IMG/VR virus record: IMGVR_UViG_3300047403_000169
Location: 1 to 25,762 of that record
Reading direction: 5' to 3' (one strand)
Source of the DNA: a virus
Lineage: Duplodnaviria > Caudoviricetes
Length of the DNA stretch: 25,762 bases
The notes beneath the pieces are model-generated. The model did not search any database. It worked only from the letters and a program-made list of their open reading frames with translations, and was not told where the DNA came from. Below are positions 18,349-25,020 of this stretch, piece by piece; position 1 is the stretch's first letter; each line of letters opens with the position of its first letter. The translations under genes were made by a program, and so were the position numbers.

Positions 18349-18402
18349 AATCAATCACTTAGGCTAAGTCATTGAAATCATTGATTTTTTAGTTGTTGAC
18401 TT
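18308..18402 (+). repeat. 95-bp direct repeat, copy 2
   Basis: Identical to 15145-15239; its TTGACT pairs with GATAAT at 18419. Confidence 0.9.
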
Positions 18403-18430
18403 ATTGTATCGGATATGAGATAATCTTTCC

Positions 18431-18694
18431 ATGATGAATAGGGATAAAAACATGACTGACAACATTAAGCCTTGTATTCATTTTGTGGGTTTTCGTGGAG
18501 AAGAATATAACTCGGCCGTGAAGATTTGGGGTAAGCCTGATTTTTTTCATAAGATTTGGGATTATCGCGCCGTCGGAGATATTGTTCCTGGTGTTGATAC
18601 TGTTATTTTCGCAAAATATTCGCCTGATGATAAACCGTCGGAATATTCATATGATGATTCTTCCTTTTATGCTGGTGATACTTATAACGCATAG
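18431..18694 (+). CDS. Hypothetical protein
   Basis: 87 aa, CIHFVGFRGEEYNSAVKIWGKPDF; has its own promoter. Confidence 0.75.
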   Translation: MMNRDKNMTDNIKPCIHFVGFRGEEYNSAVKIWGKPDFFHKIWDYRAVGDIVPGVDTVIFAKYSPDDKPSEYSYDDSSFYAGDTYNA

Positions 18695-18750
18695 CAGATA
18701 TGCAAAAAAAACATATTGACTTTTATTTTTGATTATGTTAGTATTACACC

Positions 18751-18912
18751 ATGATTGATGAAGAAAACATGATTGATCCGTTTGGCGATCCGGAATTTGT
18801 CGAGGGCTATAATGAATGGTTGGATAAATTCTGGTCACCAAACAGACTGAATAATTTTGAAGCAATGTTGACTTATTATAAGAGTTTGGAAGAATACGCG
18901 GAAAAAATTTAG
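18751..18912 (+). CDS. Small acidic protein, 53 aa (not in ORF track)
   Basis: Promoter TTGACT(18716)-17-TAGTAT directly upstream; MIDEENMIDPFGDPEF...EKI*. Confidence 0.55.
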   Translation: MIDEENMIDPFGDPEFVEGYNEWLDKFWSPNRLNNFEAMLTYYKSLEEYAEKI

Positions 18913-19010
18913 GTAGACTTTTGGATTAGATCGAATAGAATATTCAGTGAAGGTACAGCGGAATTTTAACCCACCCAGGCCAATATTCAAAAGTCTTCCT
19001 AAATTTTTTC

Positions 19011-19116
19011 TTGACAGTGACATAAAATTAAGATAGAATGATATATATATACTAAAGAGACACGAAAATTTTTTGGAAAAAAATATGTTGACAATTGGTA
19101 CAAAATATAATACACT
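19011..19116 (+). promoter_or_regulatory. Tandem sigma70 promoters upstream of the ncRNA/tRNA region
   Basis: TTGACA(19011)-17-TAGAAT and TTGACA(19088)-17-TACACT. Confidence 0.7.
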
Positions 19117-19122
19117 AAGAAA

Positions 19123-19720
19123 TCATAAAGAATGGCTGCGCTCATCGTTTGCCATCGATATGAAGGCTTGTTAGTAGGTAGTATATCTACATTTGTCTAC
19201 TGACAAGCCCGCCTCCAACAAGGCGGGTTTTTTGTTGAAAAGTGGCGGCATCCAGATAGTATCTGAAATGCCTTATGCGGAACGAGACTGCGGCACCACT
19301 ATAAAAAAGTCGAATGGTCGGCACCGAGGATGGATTTGCTGCTACGGTAGCAATGAAAAATACGGAGAAATTGGTAAAAAGCATATCATAGCAATATGGT
19401 ATGCTTACAATAGAGAATTTCCGGGTCTCAACATAAGTGCATTTGGGTGAGAAAGGACACTTGCTTTCATCCGTGACACAATCGGCCAAATGTAATTATG
19501 GTTCTGGTTATCAGTGGTGATATCGGACCTAGTTGTGAGGGAATGATATACAATCTATAACGCACCTCGACCGCGTCGAGGGGGTCCCGGAAATTTTCTA
19601 TTGTAAGCATATTATAGAGGCACGGTCGGGTCTGATACATGATACATAAGAAAGAGACCATCAGATGGCTGTCATGAGTGTGACTTACTCGCCGAGAACG
19701 TGAAAAGCGCGGCCACAGAG
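19123..19720 (+). ncRNA. Large structured non-coding RNA candidate (~590 nt)
   Basis: End-to-end helix 19133-19142/19706-19715; long internal helices with G-U pairs; GNRA and UNCG tetraloops; no credible ORF. Confidence 0.65.
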
Positions 19721-19734
19721 TCAATCAATCGTGT

Positions 19735-19803
19735 CGCGGGAAGCAAAAGTTGCCGTTTGGCCTCATACGTCAAATATAGCTGGGGCAGTACCAGCTCCCG
19801 CTA
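19735..19803 (+). tRNA. tRNA-Met (CAT), initiator-like, atypical
   Basis: GCGGGA/TCCCGC acceptor with unpaired C1; anticodon loop CTCATAC; non-canonical D and T loops. Confidence 0.55.
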
Positions 19804-19809
19804 CTTAAT

Positions 19810-19885
19810 GTCCCCATCGTCTAGTGGCCAAGGATAGAAGGCTTTCAATCTTTTGACGCCGGTTCGAATCCGGCTGGGGACACCA
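19810..19885 (+). tRNA. tRNA-Glu (TTC)
   Basis: Cloverleaf, GTTCGAATC, CCA end. Confidence 0.9.
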
Positions 19886-19970
19886 ATTTCATTTTCAACA
19901 CCACTGCAATGGCTTGAAAATGTTAGAGTGTCTTTTTCATAAAATGTCTTGCAGGACATTCAATGAAAAT

Positions 19971-20037
19971 GCTTGATTCGTCTAGAGGTAGGACGCCATC
20001 GATGGATGGGGACATTGGTTCGAATCCAATATCAATA
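19971..20037 (+). pseudogene. Degenerate tRNA-like element
   Basis: Intact D arm and T arm (GGTTCGAATCC); collapsed anticodon loop; no CCA. Confidence 0.5.
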
Positions 20038-20143
20038 TTACACTCTCAAAATTTTCCGCAGTTTCATCGAAAACTCCGGCGTACCCTAACCACGATAGAA
20101 CCGCTAAACAGTGTTATGGGCTCCTGTTTAGCACCGAATTTAT

Positions 20144-20218
20144 TGCTTCATAGTTCAGCGGTAGAACGCCTGACTGTTAATCAGGATGTCCGTGGTTCGA
20201 TCCCACGTGAAGCAGCCA
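20144..20218 (+). tRNA. tRNA-Asn (GTT)
   Basis: Cloverleaf, CCA end. Confidence 0.92.
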
Positions 20219-20223
20219 ATTAT

Positions 20224-20297
20224 GCTTCTGTAGTTTAACAGTAAAATCCTCGGCCGATAACCGAGAGACACAAGGGCGGAACTTGTCGGAAGCACCA
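20224..20297 (+). tRNA. tRNA-Ile (GAT)
   Basis: Loop CCGATAA, atypical T loop, CCA end. Confidence 0.8.
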
Positions 20298-20301
20298 ATT
20301 T

Positions 20302-20385
20302 GCCCAAGTGGTGTAATGGGAGCCACTCCAGTCTTAGGAACTGGTGGAGAAATCCGTGTCGGTTCGAATCCGACCTTGGGCACCA
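20302..20385 (+). tRNA. tRNA-Leu (TAG)
   Basis: Cloverleaf with long variable arm, CCA end. Confidence 0.92.
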
Positions 20386-20536
20386 AATTAGACTTGTAAT
20401 AGAACCACTAATTCTATGATTACAAGGAAAACGATTTCTATTTACTCTTATGAGTGGATAAGTTTGATAGAAATCTAAATTTTATGGTGATGATAGTAAG
20501 ATATAGTTTGTGTTAAGCCAATTGCCGCAATAATCC

Positions 20537-20619
20537 GGACCGGTTACCATAGCGGCGAATGGCGCAGACTTTTAATCTGCTATACAACATCGTGGGTTCG
20601 AGTCCCACCCGGTCCTCCA
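20537..20619 (+). tRNA. tRNA-Lys (TTT)
   Basis: Loop CTTTTAA, CCA end. Confidence 0.9.
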
Positions 20620-20628
20620 ATTTTATAA

Positions 20629-20703
20629 CCGGGAGTAGGAAAGTGGAAATCCGCATGTTTTGGGTACATGAAATCGTCAGTTCGAATCTGACCTTCCGGA
20701 CCA
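20629..20703 (+). tRNA. tRNA-Pro (TGG)
   Basis: Loop TTTGGGT, CCA end. Confidence 0.88.
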
Positions 20704-20713
20704 TTTTTGCAAT

Positions 20714-20789
20714 GAACCCATAATCATAATTGGCAATGAGACGGCCTCTTACTCCGTACATCCCAGTTCAAGTCTGGGTGGGTTCACCA
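20714..20789 (+). tRNA. tRNA-Lys (CTT)
   Basis: Loop CTCTTAC, CCA end. Confidence 0.8.
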
Positions 20790-20909
20790 TTTCTAAATAG
20801 TTTTATGTGTATAAACGAAAAACTATTTTTTATCGAAATCATTGGATTATGGGTAGCAATATTTTTATTGCTATTGTTAATCATTATGAAAAAATGAAAG
20901 GAGAAAACA

Positions 20910-21467
20910 ATGATTGGTCTACGGACTCTAGTTTTAAACTACGATTACATGCCAATTTCATTGTTTCCTCTTCACACTATTCCAGTTGAAGATGCTGTAA
21001 CGCGAATCTGTAACGATACATGTCGTGTCGTTTTTGAATATGACAGAAAGATTTTGACTCCATCCGTTGATATGAAATGGCCTTCTGTCATTGCTAGAAC
21101 GGACGTGAAGAAGATCAAGGAAAACGTCAAGCTTCGCCCGGAAGCATTATACTATCGGGATCATGGTGTTTGTATGTATTGCGAAAAGCGAATTACACTC
21201 CATGAAATGACTTGCGACCATGTCTATCCAAAAAGCCAAGGTGGCAAGTATGAATGGACTAATATCGTTTCTGCCTGCCCAAAATGTAATTACGAAAAAG
21301 GTAGTTCATTGCCAGTCGGTCGTTGGAGACCAAAACAGTTTCCAATCAAGCCATCTTATTATCAGTTATTAGAAGTTAGAAAAAGATTTCCAATCGTAAT
21401 CGATGATGAAAGTTGGATTGACTTTTTGAATGGCTGGAAAAGCGATGTTATCGTAAGAGCATCATAA
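20910..21467 (+). CDS. HNH endonuclease (McrA-like)
   Basis: TLVLN...PSVI...RDHGVCMYC...TCDHVYPKSQGG...WTNIVSACPKCN; AAGGAG SD. Confidence 0.92.
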   Translation: MIGLRTLVLNYDYMPISLFPLHTIPVEDAVTRICNDTCRVVFEYDRKILTPSVDMKWPSVIARTDVKKIKENVKLRPEALYYRDHGVCMYCEKRITLHEMTCDHVYPKSQGGKYEWTNIVSACPKCNYEKGSSLPVGRWRPKQFPIKPSYYQLLEVRKRFPIVIDDESWIDFLNGWKSDVIVRAS

Positions 21468-21472
21468 CCTTT

Positions 21473-21558
21473 GGGATTGCGGTAAAGTTGGAGAGTTACG
21501 GCGGACTGTAAATCCGTTGCCTAAGGCTCAATAGGTTCGATTCCTATCAATCCCACCA
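21473..21558 (+). tRNA. tRNA-Tyr (GTA)
   Basis: Cloverleaf, long variable arm, CCA end. Confidence 0.92.
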
Positions 21559-21562
21559 TTTC

Positions 21563-21639
21563 GCCCATGTAGTCCAATGGCAGGAGACACGGAACTTAAA
21601 ATTCCTACAGTGTCGGTTCGAATCCGACCTTGGGCACCA
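21563..21639 (+). tRNA. tRNA-Leu (TAA)
   Basis: Loop CTTAAAA, short variable arm, CCA end. Confidence 0.88.
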
Positions 21640-21642
21640 ATT

Positions 21643-21717
21643 GCGGTCGTGGTCTAGTGGTTTGGGCCCTGCGCTTCCAACGCAGAGACAGGATTTCGAT
21701 TATCCTCGGCCGCTCCA
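21643..21717 (+). tRNA. tRNA-Gly (TCC)
   Basis: Loop CTTCCAA, CCA end. Confidence 0.88.
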
Positions 21718-21725
21718 GTTTCAAT

Positions 21726-21799
21726 GCGGGTATGATGTAGTGGTAGCGTATCACGTTGCCAACGTGAATGTGTCAGTTCGATTCTGACTATCCGCGCCA
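21726..21799 (+). tRNA. tRNA-Gly (GCC)
   Basis: Loop TTGCCAA, CCA end. Confidence 0.9.
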
Positions 21800-21803
21800 T
21801 TTT

Positions 21804-21878
21804 GCCCATATAGTATAGTGGCTATTACAATGCTTTGGTAAGGCGTAAACAGTGGTTCAATTCCACTTGTGGGCACCA
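21804..21878 (+). tRNA. tRNA-Thr (GGT)
   Basis: Loop TTGGTAA, CCA end. Confidence 0.88.
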
Positions 21879-21920
21879 GTTATACGCATTTTGCATTTTG
21901 AGTATAACACAAATATTCAT

Positions 21921-21995
21921 GGACCCTTAGTTCAGCAGCAGAACGTCGCCTCTACACGGCGAATGTCGGCGGTGCAATCCCGTCAGGGTCTACCA
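21921..21995 (+). tRNA. tRNA-Val (TAC)
   Basis: Loop TCTACAC, CCA end. Confidence 0.8.
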
Positions 21996-21998
21996 ATT

Positions 21999-22073
21999 GG
22001 GGACGTAGTGCTAATGGGAAAACACTGGTTTTGCACTCCGGAGTTGAGGGTTCGATTCCCTCCGTCTCCACCA
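21999..22073 (+). tRNA. tRNA-Ala (TGC)
   Basis: G3-U70 pair, loop TTTGCAC, CCA end. Confidence 0.9.
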
Positions 22074-22078
22074 ATTTT

Positions 22079-22153
22079 GGCTCCATGGTCCAGTGGCTAA
22101 GATGCCTGTCTGTCTAACAGGAGATAGGGGTTCAATTCCCCTTGGAGTCGCCA
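22079..22153 (+). tRNA. tRNA-Asp (GTC)
   Basis: Loop CTGTCTA, CCA end. Confidence 0.9.
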
Positions 22154-22156
22154 CTC

Positions 22157-22232
22157 CGCGCTATCGTCTAATTGGCCAGGATTTCATCCTCTCAAGATGA
22201 AGGTACGGATTCAAATTCCGTTAGCGCGTCCA
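22157..22232 (+). tRNA. tRNA-Glu (CTC)
   Basis: Loop CTCTCAA, CCA end. Confidence 0.85.
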
Positions 22233-22349
22233 GATATTGATTATAAACTTATAGAATGTGGTTGGATTACGATTCAAGCATCGAAACATAACAACATACA
22301 ATAAAACAAGTAAGATGCATCCAGGCTCAAATTCCAATGTCATATTATG

Positions 22350-22492
22350 TAATAAAATCAAGCACTTGGAAATATGGCTAAGTCATTGATATTATTACTA
22401 AAAATAAAACTCAATGAAATCAAGCACTTAGGCTAAGTCATTGATATTATTGATTTCTTAGTTCTTGCTTTAGATTCCAGTTGATGTATAAT
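22350..22492 (+). promoter_or_regulatory. Doubled palindromic cassette plus sigma70 promoter of QV array 2
   Basis: AAATCAAGCACTT..GGCTAAGTCATTGATATTATT twice; TTGCTT(22465)-16-TATAAT; ATG at 22500. Confidence 0.75.
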
Positions 22493-22499
22493 AGTCAAC

Positions 22500-22703
22500 A
22501 TGAAACTCAAATCAGTCTGGCATCAAGTCAGGGATCAAGTCTGGGATCAAGTCAGGGATCAAGTCTCGGATCAAGTCAGGGATCAAGTCGGGGATCAAGT
22601 CTGGGATCAAGTCTCGGATCAAGTCTCGGATCAAATCTATGATCAAGTCAGGAATCAAGTCAGGAATCAAATCTATGATCAAGTCAGGGCTATACATCGA
22701 TGA
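22500..22703 (+). CDS. xxQV mini-protein B1 (67 aa)
   Basis: 14 units; RAIHR tail. Confidence 0.7.
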   Translation: MKLKSVWHQVRDQVWDQVRDQVSDQVRDQVGDQVWDQVSDQVSDQIYDQVRNQVRNQIYDQVRAIHR

Positions 22704-22915
22704 AACTCAAATCAGTCAAGGCTCAAGTTGAGGATCAAGTCTGGGATCAAGTCTGGGATCAAGCCTCGGATCAAGTCTATGCTCAAGTCTGGGATCAAGT
22801 CTGGCATCAAGTCTGGGCTCAAATCGGGGCTCAAGTCTGGCTTCAAGTCAGGCGTCAAGTCTTGGTTCAAGTCGAGGCTCAAGTCAGGCATCAAGTCTGG
22901 ACTATACATCGATGA
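22700..22915 (+). CDS. xxQV mini-protein B2 (71 aa)
   Basis: ATGA overlap; 15 units; WTIHR tail. Confidence 0.7.
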   Translation: MKLKSVKAQVEDQVWDQVWDQASDQVYAQVWDQVWHQVWAQIGAQVWLQVRRQVLVQVEAQVRHQVWTIHR

Positions 22916-23127
22916 AACTCAAATCAGTCTGGCGTCAAGTCTCGGATCAAGCCTGGGCTCAAGTCTATGATCAAGTCTGGGATCAAGTCTCGGATCAAGT
23001 CAGGAATCAAGTCGGACGTCAAGTCTCGAATCAAGTCAGGAATCAAGTCGGACGTCAAGTCTCGAATCAAGTCAGGAATCAAGTCAGGGATCAAGTCTGG
23101 CGTCAAGTCAGGACTATACATCGATGA
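22912..23127 (+). CDS. xxQV mini-protein B3 (71 aa)
   Basis: ATGA overlap; 15 units; RTIHR tail. Confidence 0.7.
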   Translation: MKLKSVWRQVSDQAWAQVYDQVWDQVSDQVRNQVGRQVSNQVRNQVGRQVSNQVRNQVRDQVWRQVRTIHR

Positions 23128-23315
23128 AACTCAAATCAGTCAGGAGTCAAGTCAGGAGTCAAGTCTCGATTCAAGTCTGGAATCAAGTCTGGCGTCAAGT
23201 CTCGGATCAAGTCAGGGCTCAAGTCTCGAATCAAGTCTGGGATCAAGTCAGGGCTCAAGTCTGGGATCAAGTCTATGCTCAAGTCAGGCATCAAGTCAGG
23301 ACTATACATCAATGA
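23124..23315 (+). CDS. xxQV mini-protein B4 (63 aa)
   Basis: ATGA overlap; 13 units; RTIHQ tail. Confidence 0.7.
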   Translation: MKLKSVRSQVRSQVSIQVWNQVWRQVSDQVRAQVSNQVWDQVRAQVWDQVYAQVRHQVRTIHQ

Positions 23316-23503
23316 AACTCAAATCAGTCTGGCGTCAAGTCGGGCATCAAATCTGGAATCAAGTCGGGTCTCAAGTCTCGAATCAAGTCTGGCGTCAAGT
23401 CAGGGATCAAGTCTGGCGTCAAGTCGGGGATCAAGTCTGGGCTCAAGTCACGGCTCAAGTCTGGACTCGAGTCTGGGATCAAGTCAGGACTATACATCAA
23501 TGA
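23312..23503 (+). CDS. xxQV mini-protein B5 (63 aa)
   Basis: ATGA overlap; 13 units; RTIHQ tail. Confidence 0.7.
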   Translation: MKLKSVWRQVGHQIWNQVGSQVSNQVWRQVRDQVWRQVGDQVWAQVTAQVWTRVWDQVRTIHQ

Positions 23504-23667
23504 AACTCAAATCAGTCTATGCTCAAGTCTCGGATCAAGTCTGGACTCAAGTCTCGAATCAAGTCTGGGCTCAAGTCTCGGATCAAGTCTCGGATCAAGT
23601 CTATGATCAAGTCTCGAATCAAGTCTGGGATCAAGTCTGGCGTCAAGTCAGGACTATACATCGATGA
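23500..23667 (+). CDS. xxQV mini-protein B6 (55 aa)
   Basis: ATGA overlap; 11 units; RTIHR tail. Confidence 0.7.
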   Translation: MKLKSVYAQVSDQVWTQVSNQVWAQVSDQVSDQVYDQVSNQVWDQVWRQVRTIHR

Positions 23668-23855
23668 AACTCAAATCAGTCAGGACTCAAGTCGAGGCTC
23701 AAGTCTGGGATCAAATCTGGGATCAAGTCGAGGCTCAAGTCTGGGATCAAGTCTGGGATCAAGTCTGGGATCAAGTCAGGGCTCAAGTCGAGGCTCAAGT
23801 CTGGGCTCAAATCAGGGCTCAAGTCTGGAATCGAGTCAGGACTATACATCAATGA
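23664..23855 (+). CDS. xxQV mini-protein B7 (63 aa)
   Basis: ATGA overlap; 13 units; RTIHQ tail. Confidence 0.7.
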   Translation: MKLKSVRTQVEAQVWDQIWDQVEAQVWDQVWDQVWDQVRAQVEAQVWAQIRAQVWNRVRTIHQ

Positions 23856-24103
23856 AACTCAAATCAGTCAGGCGTCAAGTCGAGGCTAAAGTCAGGCGTC
23901 AAGTCGAGGCTCAAGTCTGGCGTCAAGTCGAGGCTCAAGTCTGGGCTCAAATCAGGGCTCAAGTCTGGGATCAAGTCAGGGCTCAAGTCTGGGCTCAAGT
24001 CTTGGTTCAAGTCAGGCGTCAAGTCAGGAATCAAGTCTGGCGTCAAGTCTGGACTCAAGTCTGGGATCAAGTCTGGCGTCAAGTCAGGACTATACATCGA
24101 TGA
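23852..24103 (+). CDS. xxQV mini-protein B8 (83 aa)
   Basis: ATGA overlap; 18 units; RTIHR tail. Confidence 0.7.
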   Translation: MKLKSVRRQVEAKVRRQVEAQVWRQVEAQVWAQIRAQVWDQVRAQVWAQVLVQVRRQVRNQVWRQVWTQVWDQVWRQVRTIHR

Positions 24104-24414
24104 AACTCAAATCAGTCAGGCATTCAGTCTATGATCAAGTCTTGGATCAAGTCTGGGATCAAGTCTGGGATCAAGTCTCGATTCAAGTCAGGAATCAAGT
24201 CTGGGATCAAGTCTGGGATCAAGTCTGGGTTCAAGTCTCGAATCAAGTCTGGGATCAAGTCTGGCGTCAAGTCAGGGATCAAGTCTGGGATCAAGTCTGG
24301 GATCAAGCCTCGGATCAAGTCGGGGATCAAGTCTCGGATCAAGTCTTGGTTCAAGTCTGGAATCAAGTCAGGCGTCAAGTCAGGGATCAAGTCTATGCTC
24401 AAGTCCGGAACTAA
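24100..24414 (+). CDS. xxQV mini-protein B9 (104 aa)
   Basis: ATGA overlap; 24 units; ends RN*. Confidence 0.7.
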   Translation: MKLKSVRHSVYDQVLDQVWDQVWDQVSIQVRNQVWDQVWDQVWVQVSNQVWDQVWRQVRDQVWDQVWDQASDQVGDQVSDQVLVQVWNQVRRQVRDQVYAQVRN

Positions 24415-24422
24415 GATAGTTA

Positions 24423-24451
24423 TTGACTTATCTTTATTATAGTAGTATAAT
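24423..24451 (+). promoter_or_regulatory. Sigma70 promoter of the downstream tRNA block
   Basis: TTGACT-17-TATAAT. Confidence 0.8.
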
Positions 24452-24461
24452 ACAAATATGA

Positions 24462-24535
24462 TGGGAGATCGTCCAACGGCAAGACCGCGGCCTTTGACTC
24501 CGCTAATCTAGGTTCGAATCCTAGTCTCCCAACCA
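24462..24535 (+). tRNA. tRNA-Gln (TTG)
   Basis: Loop CTTTGAC, CCA end. Confidence 0.9.
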
Positions 24536-24543
24536 GTTTCAAT

Positions 24544-24617
24544 ATCGCGTTGGTATAGTGGTTGTGCACCAGTCTCCAAAACTGGCAAGGTGGGTTCGAT
24601 TCCTACACGCGGTGCCA
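24544..24617 (+). tRNA. tRNA-Trp (CCA)
   Basis: Loop CTCCAAA, CCA end. Confidence 0.9.
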
Positions 24618-24623
24618 TCCAAT

Positions 24624-24700
24624 GCTTCCGTAGCTCAATTGAATAGAGCACCGAGCTTCTACCTCGGGGGTTGTGGGTTTGAATCCTACCGGGAGCGCCA
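24624..24700 (+). tRNA. tRNA-Arg (TCT)
   Basis: Loop CTTCTAC, CCA end. Confidence 0.9.
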
Positions 24701-24707
24701 ATTTCAT

Positions 24708-24784
24708 GGACCTATAGTTCAATCGAATAGAACGTCCGGCTTCGAACCGGAAGGTTGTGAGTTTGAGTCCCACTAGGTCCTCCA
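24708..24784 (+). tRNA. tRNA-Arg (TCG)
   Basis: Loop CTTCGAA, CCA end. Confidence 0.88.
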
Positions 24785-24788
24785 TTTT

Positions 24789-24864
24789 GTTTCCTTGGTG
24801 AAATCGGAAATCACAAAAGTCTACGAAACTTTAGTTCCAGGTTCGAATCCTGGAGGGAACACCA
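24789..24864 (+). tRNA. tRNA-Arg (ACG)
   Basis: Loop CTACGAA, CCA end. Confidence 0.88.
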
Positions 24865-24865
24865 T

Positions 24866-24937
24866 GGCTCTGAATATGATTATTGCTTGCGTTTCATAAG
24901 CGCGATGTTTTCGGTTTGATTCCGAACGGAGCCACCA
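24866..24937 (+). tRNA. tRNA-Met or Ile2 (CAT)
   Basis: Loop TTCATAA, reduced D arm, CCA end. Confidence 0.7.
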
Positions 24938-24941
24938 AATT

Positions 24942-25015
24942 GCCGCAATAGTATAATGGCATTATTTCTCTTTCGTAATGAGAAGACTCAGGCTCGAATC
25001 CTGATTGCGGCTCCA
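24942..25015 (+). tRNA. tRNA-Thr (CGT)
   Basis: Loop TTCGTAA, CCA end. Confidence 0.85.
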
Positions 25016-25020
25016 ATTTT

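Larger units (their letters stand above)
22500..24414 (+). repeat. QV array 2: nine chained mini-genes of 12-bp units
   Basis: About 136 units; same junction as array 1; inserted in the tRNA cluster. Confidence 0.95.

Noticed and set aside
19310-19645. RNase P RNA or 6S RNA assignment
   Set aside because: Only loose resemblance; the RNase P P4 consensus and a symmetric 6S bubble are not convincingly present.
19187-20761. Short ORFs over the ncRNA and tRNA region (also 21852, 24558, 24603, 25154, 25179)
   Set aside because: They overlap tRNAs or structured RNA and lack SDs and recognisable motifs.
21921-21995. Amber suppressor tRNA (CTA in the loop)
   Set aside because: The 7-nt loop TCTACAC centres on TAC (Val); TAG and TGA act as normal stops in this window.
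16766-24414. CRISPR array call for the junction-plus-insert structure
   Set aside because: Inserts are long, built from the same 12-bp unit and in-frame coding; no cas genes in the window.
14991-24414. Diversity-generating retroelement
   Set aside because: No reverse transcriptase in the window, no template/variable repeat pair, and variation is not adenine-specific.
16756-24442. Alternative-frame ORFs ([14 protein letters not shown]) and antisense PDLIPDL ORFs
   Set aside because: Expected by-products of a stop-free 12-bp repeat; only the xxQV frame has conserved starts, stops, coupling and promoter-aligned ATGs.
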